This document shows, one piece after another, positions 12,380 to 26,315 of a stretch of DNA of 64,000 nt. Positions within the stretch are counted from its first letter, which is position 1. Each line of letters begins with the position of its first letter. A program made the translations under genes and the position numbers. Below the pieces are notes generated by a model. That model was not told the origin of the DNA. It did not search any database and was given only the letters and a program-made list of their open reading frames with translations. The DNA is taken from assembly GCF_036365525.1 (NCBI RefSeq), contig NC_090389.1, positions 21,991,033 through 22,055,032 of the forward strand, in the 5' to 3' direction. This DNA is from Heterodontus francisci. Lineage: Eukaryota.

Positions 12380-13600
12380 TTTTATGCATCCAAGTAGCTC
12401 CTTTGCTTTTCTGATAGAAGCTAAACATTGACTTGATATCTTCAGGGATCTAATATGACCACAAGATTGCTTTTCAGACCCATCTTGGTCAGTATTTTCC
12501 CATTAATCCTGCAATGCTGCTGCATGTTCCTTGTTGTAATTGCATTACTTTATATTTGTCCCAGCCAAAGTGTCCACAATTTTTCCCTCAAAAATCTGGA
12601 TTATCCTATAGTTTTCCCACTCCTCCACCTATTTGGGTGTTGTTCATTAATTTTGAGATGAAGCTGTAGGTAGTCTCTTCCAGTCATTAACAAAAATATT
12701 AAACACTAACCAGGCACTGCAGAACACCATTCACTGCACCTCTTCATCCAAAGTACCACCCATTGTCACAAAACCACCGCCCACCCCACCCCGGTCCATT
12801 TTTAACTCTACATTAGTGCACTGCTATCAGTACCATGTCTGCCAACTTCATGTTCTAGTTTTCTATGTTGCACGTTATCAAATGCCTTACTTAATCCAAG
12901 TAAACTACATCCATATTGTTGCACTTACTGAAATCTTCTGTTAATTATATCAAATTGCTCTGCACAAAAAGTTCCCTTTTGTACATCCATGCTGCCATTT
13001 TCTATTAAGTTTAAGTCTCTAAGTGTTCCACTAGCTGATCCTTAATAATTGATTGCAAAATATAACCTGATACTGATGCCACACTGACTTGTCTATTATT
13101 ATTACCAGGATCCACCCAGTTTCCTTTTTAAATAAAGTCACTACATTTAGTGCTCTGCTCTCTTCCAGAACTACCTATTTTATCTAGTCAATCCGTGAAG
13201 ATTTTTGCTAACTGTGCTTCCTATCTCATCCTTCAGTTTCAAGAACCCCCAATTTATGTGGATCTTCAAGTACCCAGTTGCCAGCTCAGCAGTATTAATT
13301 CTGTTACATTCTTCAATCTGCCTGTCGCGAAATGTCCATTTGGTACTGCCCTGTTCCTATTTTCTTCACTTGTAAATCCTGAATTTTTTCTACTTTGCCC
13401 AAATCCTCACTAATCTTGACTCCTGTTTCTGTAGCCAGTGGCCCTACACTCTAGTACTTACATTCTACCCATAATGTACTTAAAAAGTAACTTGTTTTAA
13501 TTTCCATAGTAATTCTAATTCCATGCACTTATTTTGCTCTTAAAAGTCCTTTTACTGTGAACTACTTTTTCCTACTATTCTGAAGCCAAATAATATCAAA
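12380..13600 (-). mobile_element. Old degenerate CR1 ORF2 fragment
   Basis: Reverse-strand remnants of NYRPVSL, VDVVYLD and AFD motifs (e.g. TTATCAAATGCCTT, TAAACTACATCC). Confidence 0.5.
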
Positions 13601-14560
13601 TGGTACCAACCCCTTTATGATCCTTACAGATTTCCAACTCATTAATTACCATGCATTTCACACCTTATATACTTCACTTACTAAACTAGACTCAACACTG
13701 CAAACCATCCAGTTAGGGAACTGAGATCAATGGGCTTACTTCAGTCTTCTAGCATTTCACAATTTGCAGATCACCTGCAACGTATGAAGTGCATGGGGAC
13801 TGGAGGCTCTGCATCAATGTGGATTAGATGGTCAGGGTCATGATGCCACTCACACTCAGAACTCCATGTATTTGTTGGTACAACAGCAATAGTTCTAATA
13901 CAATTCAAACAGAGGAAACTTCTTTAACGTAAGGACAACAGGTCAGTGGTAGTCAGTTACTTCACGTGTAAATTTGATACATAGATGGATTTTTTATATT
14001 TCGAAACTCTTGTGGGAAAATCCAGCACATATTTTCATTTGGGCACAAGAGATGGGATCTAGATAGAATCTGAAAGTTTCCCAGAAAGGGTCAGTGACCT
14101 GTAACTGTATAAAAAGAACAGCAATTAAGTGTTAGGAAGAAAGGGCACTATAACAACTGCCAAAATATCTCTCTAGGATATACAAAAGGTTTTCAAATAA
14201 AACTGGGAAAAGGGTTTGAAACACAATTGTGATGAGAATAGAGCAGTCATATGTCACCATAATGATTAAGGAATGACAGGGGGAGATTAAATAAATTCGT
14301 TACTCAAAATAAAGTTTTAGCTTACAGACTGTGAATTAACAAAATGCATGTTTGGGAATTCGCAACATATTGATGATTATATATATATCATTATGCCCAT
14401 CTTTTATAGCTAATTTTTGTACCCAACAAGGTAAAAGATTTCAGTATTGGAACAAATCTTCCTACTCAGGCACCCAGTGTTAGCATTGACCATTCCCAGT
14501 TCAGGTACAGCATGGGTTATATGGAAAATAAGGATCCATCAGCACTATCCTGATCACATG

Positions 14561-14918
14561 GTTTAGTTTAGTTTAGTTTAGAGATACAGCACTGAAACAG
14601 GCCCCTCGGCCCACCGAGTCTGTGCCGACCATCAACCACCCATTTATACTAATCCTACACTAATTCCATATTCCTACCACATCCCCACCTGTCCCTATAT
14701 TTCCCTACCACCTACCTATACTAGGGGCAATTTATAATGGCCAATTTACCTATCAACCTGCAAGTCTTTGGCATGTGGGAGGAAACCGGAGCACCCGGAG
14801 GAAACCCACGCAGACACAGGGAGAACTTGCAAACTCCACACAGGCAGGACCCAGAATTGAACCCGGGTCGCTGGAGCTGTGAGGCTGCGGTGCTAACCAC
14901 TGCGCCACTGTGCCACCC
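14561..14918 (-). mobile_element. HE1-like V-SINE
   Basis: tRNA head GGGTGGCACAGTGGCGCAGTGGTTAGCAC, V-domain GTGTGGAGTTTGCAAGTTCTCCCTGTGTCTGCGTGGGTTTCCTCCGGGTGCTCCGG, CR1-derived tail and (CTAAA)n end. Confidence 0.9.
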
Positions 14919-16283
14919 ACGTTTAAACCTAATCTCAGTGAAGCTCTCACTACTGCAATAGTGCACACTTCCATTTCTCACACAAACCATTCTTGTGGCC
15001 TGAGTAAGATAGCTAATTAAGTGTTAAATTCTGGGCAGTTGAAGTGCTGAACTTACTAAGAACTCAACTTTGGGTGGGACCCAAAGTAGTAGTCTCTCCG
15101 CTGAGATAGTCGAGGCAAATGTAGAGGTTAAAGCAAGGAAGTCCGGTAGGCAGGCCGGCAGGGGCAGGACAGAAAGCGTGGAAGGTTCGGTCAGCTAAAC
15201 TGCATTTACTTTAATGCAAGAAGCCTTACAGGTAAGTCAAATGAACTCAAAGCATGGATCAGTACATGGGATTGTGATATTATAGCTATTACGGAAACGT
15301 GGTTGAGGGATGGGCAGGACTGGCAGCTCAATGTTCCGGGGTACAGATGCTTCCAGCATGACAGAGGTGGAAGTAAGAGAGGAGGGGGAGTTGCACTATT
15401 GATTAGGGAGGACATCACGGCAGTACTTAGAGAGGATATCCCAGAGGGAACGTCCAGCGAGGCCATATGGGTAGAACTTAGAAATAAGAAAGGGGTGATC
15501 ACTTTGATGGGATTATACTATAGGCCCCCCAATAGTCAGAGAGAATTGGAGGAGCATATATGTAGGGAAATCACAGATAGATGTAGGAATTACAGAGTTG
15601 TAATAGTAGGTGATTTTAACTTCCCTAATATTGACTGGGACTGCCTTAGTGCTAAGGGATCAGATGGGGAAGAATTTGTTAAGTGTGTCCAGGAAAGTTT
15701 TCTGAAGCAGTACGTGGATGGCCCTACTAGAGAAGGGGCTACACTCGACCTCCTCTTAAGAAATGAGGATGGGCAGGTGGTTGATGTGTTAGTGGGGAAG
15801 CAATTTGGGACCAGTGACCATAACTATCAGCTTCAAGATAGTTATGGAAAAGGATAGGACTGGTCCTCAAGTTGAAGTCCGAAATTGGGGGAAGACTAAT
15901 TTCAATGGCATCAGACAGGAACTCTCAAAGTTGATTGGGAGAGGCTGTTTACAGGTGAAGGGACATCTGGCAAGTGGGAGGCTTTTAAATGTGAGATAGG
16001 AAGAGTTCAGGGCCGGCATGTTCCTGTTAGATTGAAGGGCAAGGTTGGCAAGTTTAAGGAACCTTGGTTGACGAGGGATATTGAGGGTCTGGTCAGGACA
16101 AAGAAGGAGACATATGTCAGGTATAGGCAATTGGGATCAAGCGAGTCCCTCGAGGAGGATAGGGGATGTAGGAGTACACTTAAAAAGGAAATTAGGAGGG
16201 TGAAAAGGGGCCGTGAGAATTTCCTGGCAGATAAGATAAAGGAGAATCCTAAAAGATTCTATTAGTATATTAAGAGTAAAAGG

Positions 16284-16649
16284 GTTTAGTTTAGTTTAGA
16301 GATACAGCACTGAAACAGGCCCTTCAGCCCACCGAGTCTGTGCCGACCATCAACCACCCATTTATACTAATCCTACACTAATTCCAAATTCCTACCACAT
16401 CCCCACCTGTCCCTATATTCCCCTACCACCTACCTATACTAGGGGCAATTGCTAATGGCCAATTTACCTATCAACCTGCAAGTCACCTATCAACCTGCAA
16501 GTCTTTGGCATGTGGGAGGAAACCGGAGCACCCGGAGGAAACCCACGCAGACACAGGGAGAACTTGCAAACTCCACACAGGCAGTACCCAGAATTGAACC
16601 CGGGTCGCTGGAGCTGTGAGGCTGCGGTGCTAACCACTGCACCACTGTA
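16284..16649 (-). mobile_element. HE1-like V-SINE nested in CR1 ORF2
   Basis: Same sequence as 14561-14918. A few 5' bases are missing and there is an internal duplication of ACCTATCAACCTGCAAGTC. Confidence 0.9.
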
Positions 16650-16889
16650 GCTAGCGAGAGAGTAGGTCTCCTTAAGGATCAGTGTGGTAATCTATGTGTG
16701 GAGCCACGGGAAATGGGCGAGGTCTTAAATGAATACTTCTCGTCTGTATTTACCGTGGAGAAGGTCATGGAAGCTAGTGAGTTCAAGGGAGGGAACAGCG
16801 ATATCCTGGAGCATATCAACATTACAAAGGAGGAGGTGTTGGAGGTTTTAAAGTGCATTAAGGTGGATAAATCCCCAGGGCCTGACCAG

Positions 16890-17244
16890 TTTTTTAGATT
16901 AGAGATACAGCACTGAAACAGGCCCTTCGGCCCACCGAGTCTGTGCCGACCATCAACCACCCATTTTATACTAATCCTACACTAATCCCATATTCCCAAC
17001 AAACATCCCCACCTGTCCCTATATTTCCCTACCACCTACCTATACTAGTGACAATTTATAATGGCCAATTTACCTATCAACCTGCAAGTCTTTTGGCTTG
17101 TGGGAGGAAACCGGAGCACCCGGAGAAAACCCACGCAGACACAGGGAGAACTTGCAAACTCCACACAGGCAGTACCCGGAATCGAACCCGGGTCCCTGGA
17201 GCTGTGAGGCTGCGGTGCTAACCACTGCGCCACTGTGCCGCCCC
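16890..17244 (-). mobile_element. HE1-like V-SINE nested in CR1 ORF2
   Basis: Full-length copy splitting KSPGPDQ/LYPRML. Confidence 0.9.
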
Positions 17245-19164
17245 TAGGTTGTATCCTAGGATGCTATGGAAAGCAAGGGAAGAGATTGCTGGGGCCCTGG
17301 CAGAAATTTTCATATCATCGTTAGCCACGGGTGAGGTACCGGAAGACTGGAGGATAGCTAATGTTGCGCCTTTATTTAAGAAGGGCAGCAGGGATAAGCC
17401 AGCGAACTACAGGCCGGTGAGTCTTACATCAGTGATGGGAAAGTTATTGGAAGGGATTCTGAGAGACAGGATTTATATGCTTGGAAAGGCAAGCTCTGAT
17501 TAGGGATAGTCAGCATGGCTTTGTGCGTGGGAAATCATGTCTCATGAATTTGATTGAGTTTTTTTGAGGAGGTGACCAAGAGGATTGACGAGGGCAGGGC
17601 GGTGGACGTTGTCTACATGGACTTTAGCAAGGCCTTTGACAAGGTCCCGCATGGTAGGCTGGTCCAGAAGGTTCGATCACATGGGATCCAGGGTGAGCTA
17701 GCCAATTGGCTTGGTGATAGGAGACAGAGGGTGGTAGTGGAGGGTTGTTTTTCAGATTGGAGGCCGGTGACCAGTGGTGTGCCGCAGGGATCGGTGCTGG
17801 GCCCTCTGTTGTTTGTCATATAGATTAATGACTTGGATGTGAATGTAGGGGGCATGATTAGTAAGTTTGAAGATGACACCAAAATTGGTGGTATAGTGGA
17901 CAGTGAAGAAGATTGTCTAAGGTGACAAAAGGATATAAATCAACTGGGAAAGTGGGCAAGGGATTGGAAAATGGAATTTAATGTAGACAAGTGCAAAATG
18001 ATGCATTTTGGGAAGTTAAACCAGGGCAGGACATATACAGTGAATGGCAGGGCCCTGGGGTGTGTTGTTGAGCAGAGAGACCTTGGGGTGCAAGTTCATA
18101 GTTCCCTGAAAGTGGCAACACAGGTAGACAGGGTGGTGAAGAAGGCGTATGGCATGCTTGCCTTCATTGGCCGAGGCATTGAGTACAAGAGTTGGGACGT
18201 CATGTTACAGTTGTACAGAACGTCGGTTAGGCCGCATTTGGAGTACTGTGTGCAGTTCTGGTCGCCACACTGCAGGAAAGATGTGATTAAGCTAGAGAGG
18301 TAGCAGAAAAGATTCACAAGGATGTTGCCTGGTTTGGAGGGCTTGAGTTATAAAGAGAGATTGGATAGGCTGGGTCTGTTTTCCCTGGAGCGAAGGAGGC
18401 TGAGAGGTATATAAAATTATGAGAGGCATAGATAGGGTAGATAGCCAGAGTCTCTTTCCCATGGTAGGAGTGACTAAAACTAGAGGGCACAGATTTAAGG
18501 TGAGAGGGAGGAGGTTTAAAGGGGATCAAAGGGGGAAGTTTTTCACACAAAGAATAGTGGGTATCTGGAATGAGCTGCCAGAGGAGGTGGTGGAGGCAGG
18601 AACAGTAGCAACATTTAAGAGGCATCTGGACAGGTACTTGAATGAGCAAGGCATAGAGGGATATGGAATTAATGCAGGCAGGTGGGATTAGTAGGCATTA
18701 TAGTCAGCATGGAAGCGGTGGGCCGAAGGGCCTGTTTCTATGCTGCACGACTATGACTCAACTGAAACGGTCAAACTTATTTCGCATCGGACCCTCACAG
18801 ATAGGAGAGGAAAAAATGTAATCGCGTGCATACGGGCTACATTTGTACCTCGGTTCCAGATAGAAAGGACTGTGTACACGACCAACTTTCCTACTGTTGA
18901 GAAGTTACATACAACCAAATATCAGTCAGAGTTGTTTGAGTTATAGAGCTGACAACTTGAAACCTTTGACAGGTTGCGGAACAAATAGCAAATCAGTGGG
19001 CAGACTGATTTAAATGAATCCTGTAATCATATATAAAATTTATATCACCTCATCCAGACCCAAGTGACTAGGGCTAGAGTATAGACTAGGAAAGCACAAC
19101 TGTGATCTAACTGCGTACTATGGTCTCTGTTTGGCACAAGCGGACATCTGTCCAGGTTTTTTTT

Positions 19165-19574
19165 TATTCACTCACAGGAAGTGGGTATGGCTGGCAACAG
19201 CAGCATTTATTATACATCCCTAATTGCCCACAAGGTGGCAGCTTTCTCCTTGAACCGCTGCAGTCTGCGTGGATTATAGTCTGTTGTAGCAGTTTTTGAT
19301 ACAACAGTAGCATGCTAGGCCATTTCTGAGGGCAGTTAAGAGCCAATCACATTGCGTGGGTCTGGAGTCACATGCAGGCCAGACAGAATAAGGACAGTAG
19401 ATTTCCTTCCCTAAAAGGCATCAATGGACCAGATGGGTTTTTACAACAATTCAGTAGTTTCATGGTCACTGTTACTGATACTAGTTTCTTATTCCAGATT
19501 TGTTTAATTAACTGAATTTAAATTCCTCAACTGCCATGGTAGGATTTGAAATCATGTCACCAGATTATCAGTAA
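19165..19574 (-). mobile_element. SINE with LINE-derived tail (interrupted by an LTR)
   Basis: Reverse complement of the GGGCAATTAGGGATG...AATAAATGCTG tail family seen at 29366-30166, 31090-31210 and 54070-54150. Confidence 0.55.
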
Positions 19575-20354
19575 TGTCACAAAAGCGTGCTATGCCAAAT
19601 GATCATTTTTTTTATTCCATTGACTGAAAACCTGAATTAAATTTTTAAAAAGGAACAGATACAAGGCGACTGCTAGCAGCTAAAATGGCCACCACAATTT
19701 GAAACAAAATACCCTACATTCCAATGCATCAAAGTGGAGATGTCGTGCCTGCTCAGTCTCCAGCCAGAGCAATGACCTGGGAATCGAGTGAACTATCTGT
19801 CCAGTCCCCAATAACAAGACATTAAAGGAAATCAATTGGGACATTAAACTGGGGGAGACAAACCACCCAAAGGCAATCACCTGAATAATGGGACCCTGGC
19901 TCAAAAAAGGGAATCCCTAGACAGGAACTGATTAAGTTGCAAAAAGAAATACACACTGGGTTACGGTCATGTGACAGGCCCCACCATCTGTGCGTTTAAG
20001 CTTTTTTTCTCTCTGCAGACCAGACAAGCACTAGGCACTAATCAGAGAAGACCAAAGTGGGGTCTCTCTTTCTCGACCCCTCCTTCCATGTTTCAAACAC
20101 TGCATTCTGGCCAAACCCATCTAGGCCTATCACTGCTGCAGACAGAGACCCATGAAGGAAACCATCTGCATTGCTGTCTCCAGGATAACTCTGAATCTGC
20201 TGTCCACATCTGCAAGCCAGAAGCCTCAGGACCACTAAGTTCAGCCAGAAGACAACCAAGTCACCAAACTCCACAGACTGCTCCGGACTCTAATCCGACC
20301 AAGCTATCCTTCCCCTCTCTGTAGCCTGTGTGTGTGTGGGTGGACGGGTGGACA

Positions 20355-20390
<36 letters not shown>

Positions 20391-20638
20391 AGACAGAAAG
20401 TTGGAGCATAGTTTATTATTTTACTTAGATCAGTATAAGAATAAAGCTAACCTCTTTCCTTGTTAAATTCAAGAAAACCTGTCCAATTGTTTTTTTTTAT
20501 GATCATAGCACAAATAGTCAAAAGACTCAATGAATTGGCAAGAACACTCACTTTAAAAAAGAAATAAACCCTGTTGCGGTCAAACAAGGAGAGCGACAAG
20601 AGCGGAGCCCTTCAATCCCTCCTCACCTGATCATAACG
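19575..20638 (+). mobile_element. Solo LTR (Gypsy-type)
   Basis: TGTCAC...CCTCCTCACCTGATCATAAC termini, AATAAA and internal (TG)n. The 3' end is the reverse complement of the LTR starting at 57789. Confidence 0.7.
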
Positions 20639-21926
20639 TCTATGCTACCATATCCATGTATTGTCTTATACGAGGATACAGCATAAATCACATGACCTCA
20701 ACAGACCCTGCTATCTTGCTTTGAATGCAAACGTTTTGTTGCAGGCTGCAAAAACATATAACTAGCGCAGGAACCCCAGTGGCAGTGTAAACAGAGTCAA
20801 AAATTATATCAAACGGTGAATTTGGACACCAGAATCAAAAGGCCTGCCTGATCCAATACAAACCAGGACAGAGAAATCACCAAATTAAATTTAGATAACA
20901 TCCATCAGTGGATTTCCAAGACAAAAACTAAATGGACTAACCTAACACCAACTCCCTGGATGTTCTTTTCAAATACAATCTCAGCGTCTGGTATATATAA
21001 AAGCTTGCTCTGTACTGATTTACATGGGAGATACAATGATGAACCAATATTGAAATACATTTTTTTTCAGTGCCTATAAGCTTCAGCTTCATCAACAAAT
21101 AGCCTCTTTCTCATTGCTCCCGTGCACCAATTGTGCCGCTCACTTACTTATTTTGTCCAACCCACTTTGCAGTTCCCAAACCATCTTCTCCGAACTAACC
21201 CTCCTTATTTGGTCAGAACTGTAATTCTGATCATTTTCTAAACCAGATCATTAATGTAAATTCGAAAGAATGCGTCCCACTGATCCTAAGGGCACCCAAT
21301 TCAGCAACTGCCTACACTTCAACATGACTCAGCTAACAAATAGCCAGTGCTCTGTACCCTTTAGCTAATTTTCTATTCATTCCAAGGGAATAGCCTAAAC
21401 CTCTACTACTTTAAATGGGAACCTTGTGTGTGAATTTTTGTCAAATGCCTTTCTCCGATATAGACACAACATGTCAAAGGGCTTTCCATAATCCAAAAAG
21501 GATGTTACTTCTGCAAAACATCAGACGTTGGTCGGGCAAGAACTTGCCCTTCATAATGTACTCTGACTGCTGCGTACTAGGCTGGTTTTCCCAAAGTTTA
21601 CGTCTGAAAATGAATTCTAACTTTTCACCCAGTGTTGAAATAACAGTCTGTGGTCGCCTGTATCTTCGCGGTCATTCTTTTGAAAGTGGGTACCAGTCTC
21701 AAGTCCAGTCGGACCTATCCAATGTTCACTGATTCCCTCACAATTTAGCGTCATTTATCTTTTGTCTCTCAGTACAGTGAGATAAAGGCCAACTGTCCCT
21801 TGAGTTCTATTTGTTCTGAGTCCTTTAAGCTTATGCAGAACAATTCATGCAAAAAGAACAAAGAAAATTACAGCACAGGAACAGGCCCTTCGGCCCTCCA
21901 AGCCCGCGCCGATCCAGATCCTCTAT

Positions 21927-24882
21927 CTAAACATGACGCCTATTTTCTAAGGGTCTGTATCTCTTTACTTCCTGCCCATTCATGTATCTGTCTAGATACA
22001 TCTTAAAAGACGCTATCGTGCCCGCGTCTACCACCTCCGCTGGCAACGCGTTCCAGGCACCCACCACCCTCTGCGTAAAGAACTTTCCACGCATATCCCC
22101 CCTAAACTTTTCCCCTTTCACTTTGAACTCGTGACCCCTAGTATTTGAATCCCCCACTCTGGGAAAAAGCTTCTTGCTATCCAACCTGTCTATACCTCTC
22201 ATGATTTTGTACACCTCAATCAGGTCCCCCCTCAACCTCCGTCTTTCTAATGAAAATAATCCTAATCTACTCAACCTCTCTTCATAACTAGTGCCCTCCA
22301 TACCAGGCAACATCCTGGTGAACCTCCTCTGCACCCTCTCCAAAGCATCCACATTCTTTTGGTAATGTGGCGACCAGAACTGCACGCAGTATTCCAAATG
22401 TGGCCGAACCAAAGTCTTATACAACTGTAACATGACCTGCCAACTCTTTTACTCAATACCCCGTCCGATGAAGGAAAGCATGCCGTATGCCTTCTTGACC
22501 ACTCTATTGACCTGCGTTGCCACCTTCAGGGAACAATGGACCTGAACACCAAAATCTCTCTGTACATCAATTTTCCCCAGGACTTTTCCATTTACTGTAT
22601 AATTCACTCTTGAATTGGATCTTCCAAAATGCATCACCTCGCATTTGCCCTGATTGAACTCCATCTGCCATTTCTCTGCCCAACTCTCCAATCTATCTAT
22701 ATTCTGCTGTATTCTCTGACAGTCCCCTTCACTATCTGCTACTCCACCAATCTTAGTGTCGTCTGCAAACTTGCAAATCAGACCACCTATACTTTCCTCC
22801 AAATCATTTATGTATATCACAAACAACAGTGGTCCCAGCACGGATCCCTGTGGAACACCACTGGTCACACGTCTCCATTTTGAGAAACTCCCTTCCACTG
22901 CTACTCTCTGTCTCCTGTTGCCCAGCCAGTTCTTTATCCATCTAGCTAGTACACCCTGGACCCCATGCGCCTACACTTTCTCCATCAGCCTACCATGGGG
23001 AACCTTATCAAACGTCTTACTGAAGTCCATGTATATGACATCTACAGCCCTTCCCTCATCAATCAACTTTGTCACTTCCTCAAAGGATTCTATTAAGTTG
23101 GTAAGACATGACCTTCCCTGCACAAAACCATGTTGCCTATCGCTGATAAGCCCATTTTCTTCCAAATGGGAATAGATCCTATCCCTCAGTAACTTCTCCA
23201 GCAGCTTCCCTACCACTGACGTCAGGCTCACCGGTCTATAATTACCTGGATTATCCCTGCTACCCTTCTTAAACAAGGGGACAACATTAGCAATTCTCCA
23301 GTCCTCCGGGACCTCACCCGTGTTTAAGGATGCTGCAAAGATATCTGTTAAGGCCCCAGCTATTTCCTCTCTCACTTCCCACAGTAACCTGGGATAGATC
23401 CCATCCGGACCTGGGGACTTGTCCACCTTAATGCCTTTTAGAATACCCAACACTTCCTCCCTCCTTATGCCGACTTGACCTAGAGTAATCAAACATCTAT
23501 CCCTAACCTCAACATCCGTCATGTCCCTCTCCTCGGTGAATACTGATGCAAAGTACTCGTTTAGAATCTCACCCATTTTCTCTGACTCCACGCATAACTT
23601 TCCTCCTTTGTCCTTGAGTGGGCCAATCCTTTCTCTAGTTACCCTCTTGCTCCTTATATATGAATAAAAGGCTTTGGGATTTTCCTTAACCCTGTTTGCT
23701 AAAGATATTTCATGACCCCTTTTAGCCCTCTTAATTCCTCGTTTCAGATTGGTTCTACATTCCCGATATTCTTTCAAAGCTTCGTCTTTCTTCAACCGCC
23801 TAGACCTTATGTATGCTTCCTTTTTCCTCTTAGCTAGTCTCACAATTTCACCTGTCATCCATGGTTCCCTAATCTTGCCATTTCTATCCCTCATTTTCAC
23901 AGGAACATGTCTCTCCTGCACGCTAATCAACCTCTTTAAAAGCCTCCCACATATCACATGTGGATTTACCTTCAAACAGCTGCTCCCAATCTACATTCCC
24001 CAGCTCCTGCCGAATTTTGGTATAGTTGGCCTTCCCCCAATTTAGCACTCTTCCTTTAGGACCACTCTCGTCTTTGTCCATGAGTATTTTAAAGCTTACG
24101 GAATTGTGATCACTATTCCCAAAGTAGTCCCCTACTGAAACTTCAACCACCTGGCCGGGCTCATTCCCCAACACCAGGTCCAGTATGGCCCCTTCCCGAG
24201 TTGGACAATTTACATACTGCTCTAGAAAACCCTCCTGGATGCTCCTTACAAATTCTGCTCCATCTAGACCTCTAACACTAATTGAATCCCAGTCAATGTT
24301 GGGAAAATTAAAATCTCCTATCACCACCACCCTGTTGCTCCTACATCTTTCCATAATCTGTTTACATATTTGTACCTCTATCTCACGCTCGCTGTTGGGA
24401 GGCCTGTAGTACAGCCCCAACATTGTTGCCGCACCCTTCCTATTTCTGAGTTCTGCCCATATTGCCTCACTGCTCGAGTCCTCCATAGTGCCCTCCTTCA
24501 GCACAGCTGTGATATCCTCTTTGACCAGTAATGTAACTCCTCCACCCCTTTTACCTCCCTCTCTATCCCGCCTGAAGCATCGATATCCTGGGATATTTAG
24601 TTGCCAATCATGCCCTTCCCTCAACCAAGTCTCAGTAATAGCAATAACATCATACTCCCAGGTACTAATCCAAGCCCTAAGTTCATCTGCCTTACCTACT
24701 ACACTTCTTGCATTAAAACAAATGCACCTCAGACCACCAGTCCCTTTGCGTTCATCATCTGCTTCCTGCCTACTCTTCCCCTTAGTCACGCTGACTTCAT
24801 TATCTAGTTCCTTACAGGCTTTCGTTACTACCTCCTTACTGTCCACTGACCTCCTCATTTGGTTCCCATCCCCCTGCCACAT
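21927..24882 (-). pseudogene. CR1 ORF2 (APE endonuclease + reverse transcriptase), one frameshift and two stops
   Basis: ORF pieces 23923-24882, 22971-23975, 22449-22898 and 21927-22433 carry [26 protein letters not shown] and FADDTK. Confidence 0.92.
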
Positions 24883-25829
24883 TAGTTTAAACCCTCCCCA
24901 ACAGCGTTAGCAAAAGCACTCCCAAGGACATTGGTTCCAGTCCGGCCCAGGTGTAGACCATCCAATTTGTAATAGTCCCACCTCCCCCAGAACCGGTCCC
25001 AATGTCCCAAAAATCTGAACCCCTCCTTCCTGCACCATCTCTCAAGCCACGCATTCATCCTGACTATTCTTTCATTTCTACTCTGCCTATCACGTGGCAC
25101 TGGTAGCAATCCTGAGATTACTACCTCTGAGGTCCTACTTTTTAACTTGGCTCCTAACTCCCTAAATTCTGCTTGTAGGACCTCATCCCGTTTTTTACCT
25201 ATATCATTGGTGCCTATGTGCACAATGACAACTGGCTGTTCACCCTCCCCCTTCAGAATGTTCTGCAGCCGATCTGAGACATCCCTGACCCGTGCACCTG
25301 GGAGGCAACATACCATTCAGGAGTCTCGTTTTCGACCACAGAACCGCCTATCTACTCCCCTTACAATCGAATCCCCGATGACTATAGCCCTTCCACTCTT
25401 TGTCCCGCCCTTCCGAACAGCAGAGCCAGCCACGGTGCCATGAACCTGGCTACTGCTGCCTTCCCCTGGTGAGCCATCTCCCTCAACAGTATCCAAAATG
25501 GTATACTTGTTTTGGAGGGAGATGACCGCAGGGGACTCCTGCGCTGCCTTCCTGCTCTTTCTCTGCCTTTTGGTCACCCATTCCCTTTCTCCCTCAGCAA
25601 TCCTAATCTGCGGTGTGACCAATTCGCTAAACGTGCTATCCACGACCTCCTCAGCATCGCGCATGCTCAAAAATGAGTCCATCCGCAGCTCCAGAGCCAT
25701 CATGCGGTCTAACAAGAGCTGCAGCTGGACACACTTCCTGCACGTGAAGGAGTCAGGGACATCAGCCGTGTCCCTGAGCTCCCACATTGAGCAAGAGGAG
25801 CATGACACGGGTCTGAGATCTCCTGCCAT
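24882..25829 (-). pseudogene. CR1 ORF1 (zinc finger/leucine zipper + SGNH esterase) with one in-frame stop
   Basis: CSSC...CRKC zinc finger and GDSIV, HIGTNDI, DGLHL esterase motifs. TGA at 25317-25319 between RDS and MVCCLPGA. Confidence 0.9.
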
Positions 25830-26010
25830 TTTTAATCTTAAGCTTAACTTAGTTAAATGAAAAAGGAACGAAAAGTTTTTACCAGTAACACGATAAAAAA
25901 AAGAGAAATAGAAAAAGCCTTACCTTATCTACACACCACCGAGTCCTTTTTTTTTGGTTAGAGGAGGAGGGCGGGTGGGAGACACTACCCGTATAGTGTC
26001 TCGAGTTCAG

Positions 26011-26315
26011 AAACGGCCCAAATATATAGGGTTTTACTTACCCAGCAGCCCCCTGGTCTCCGCCGAAAACAAAAGGAAATTAAGTTTACTTTAAAACTGA
26101 CCTTCCCAGCTGATCACTCGCTCGCACTCTCTGCTCCCGAATAAGCTGCTGCAATGAAAGGCAAGTTATTTTAAACGGCCCAAATATATAGGGTTTTACT
26201 TACCCAGCAGCCCCCTGGTCTCCGCCAAAAACAAAAGGAAATTAAGTTTACTTTGAAACTGACCTTCCCAGCTGATCACTCGCTCGCACTCTCTGCTCCC
26301 GAATAAGCTGCTGCA
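26011..26315. repeat. Two near-identical ~143-bp copies (162-bp period) at the CR1 5' end
   Basis: AAACGGCCCAAATATATAGGG...GCTGCTGCAA at 26011 and again at 26173. Confidence 0.9.

Larger units (their letters stand above)
15090..18760 (+). mobile_element. 5'-truncated CR1 LINE (APE endonuclease + RT), interrupted by two V-SINEs
   Basis: GLYYRPP and GDFNFP (EN); [20 protein letters not shown] and [10 protein letters not shown] (RT); CR1 C-terminus and 3'UTR. Multiple stops and frameshifts. Confidence 0.95.

Noticed and set aside
14840-14918. tRNA-like sequences (also ~16600, ~17200, ~29870, ~50960)
   Set aside because: These are SINE heads contiguous with V-domains, not tRNA genes.
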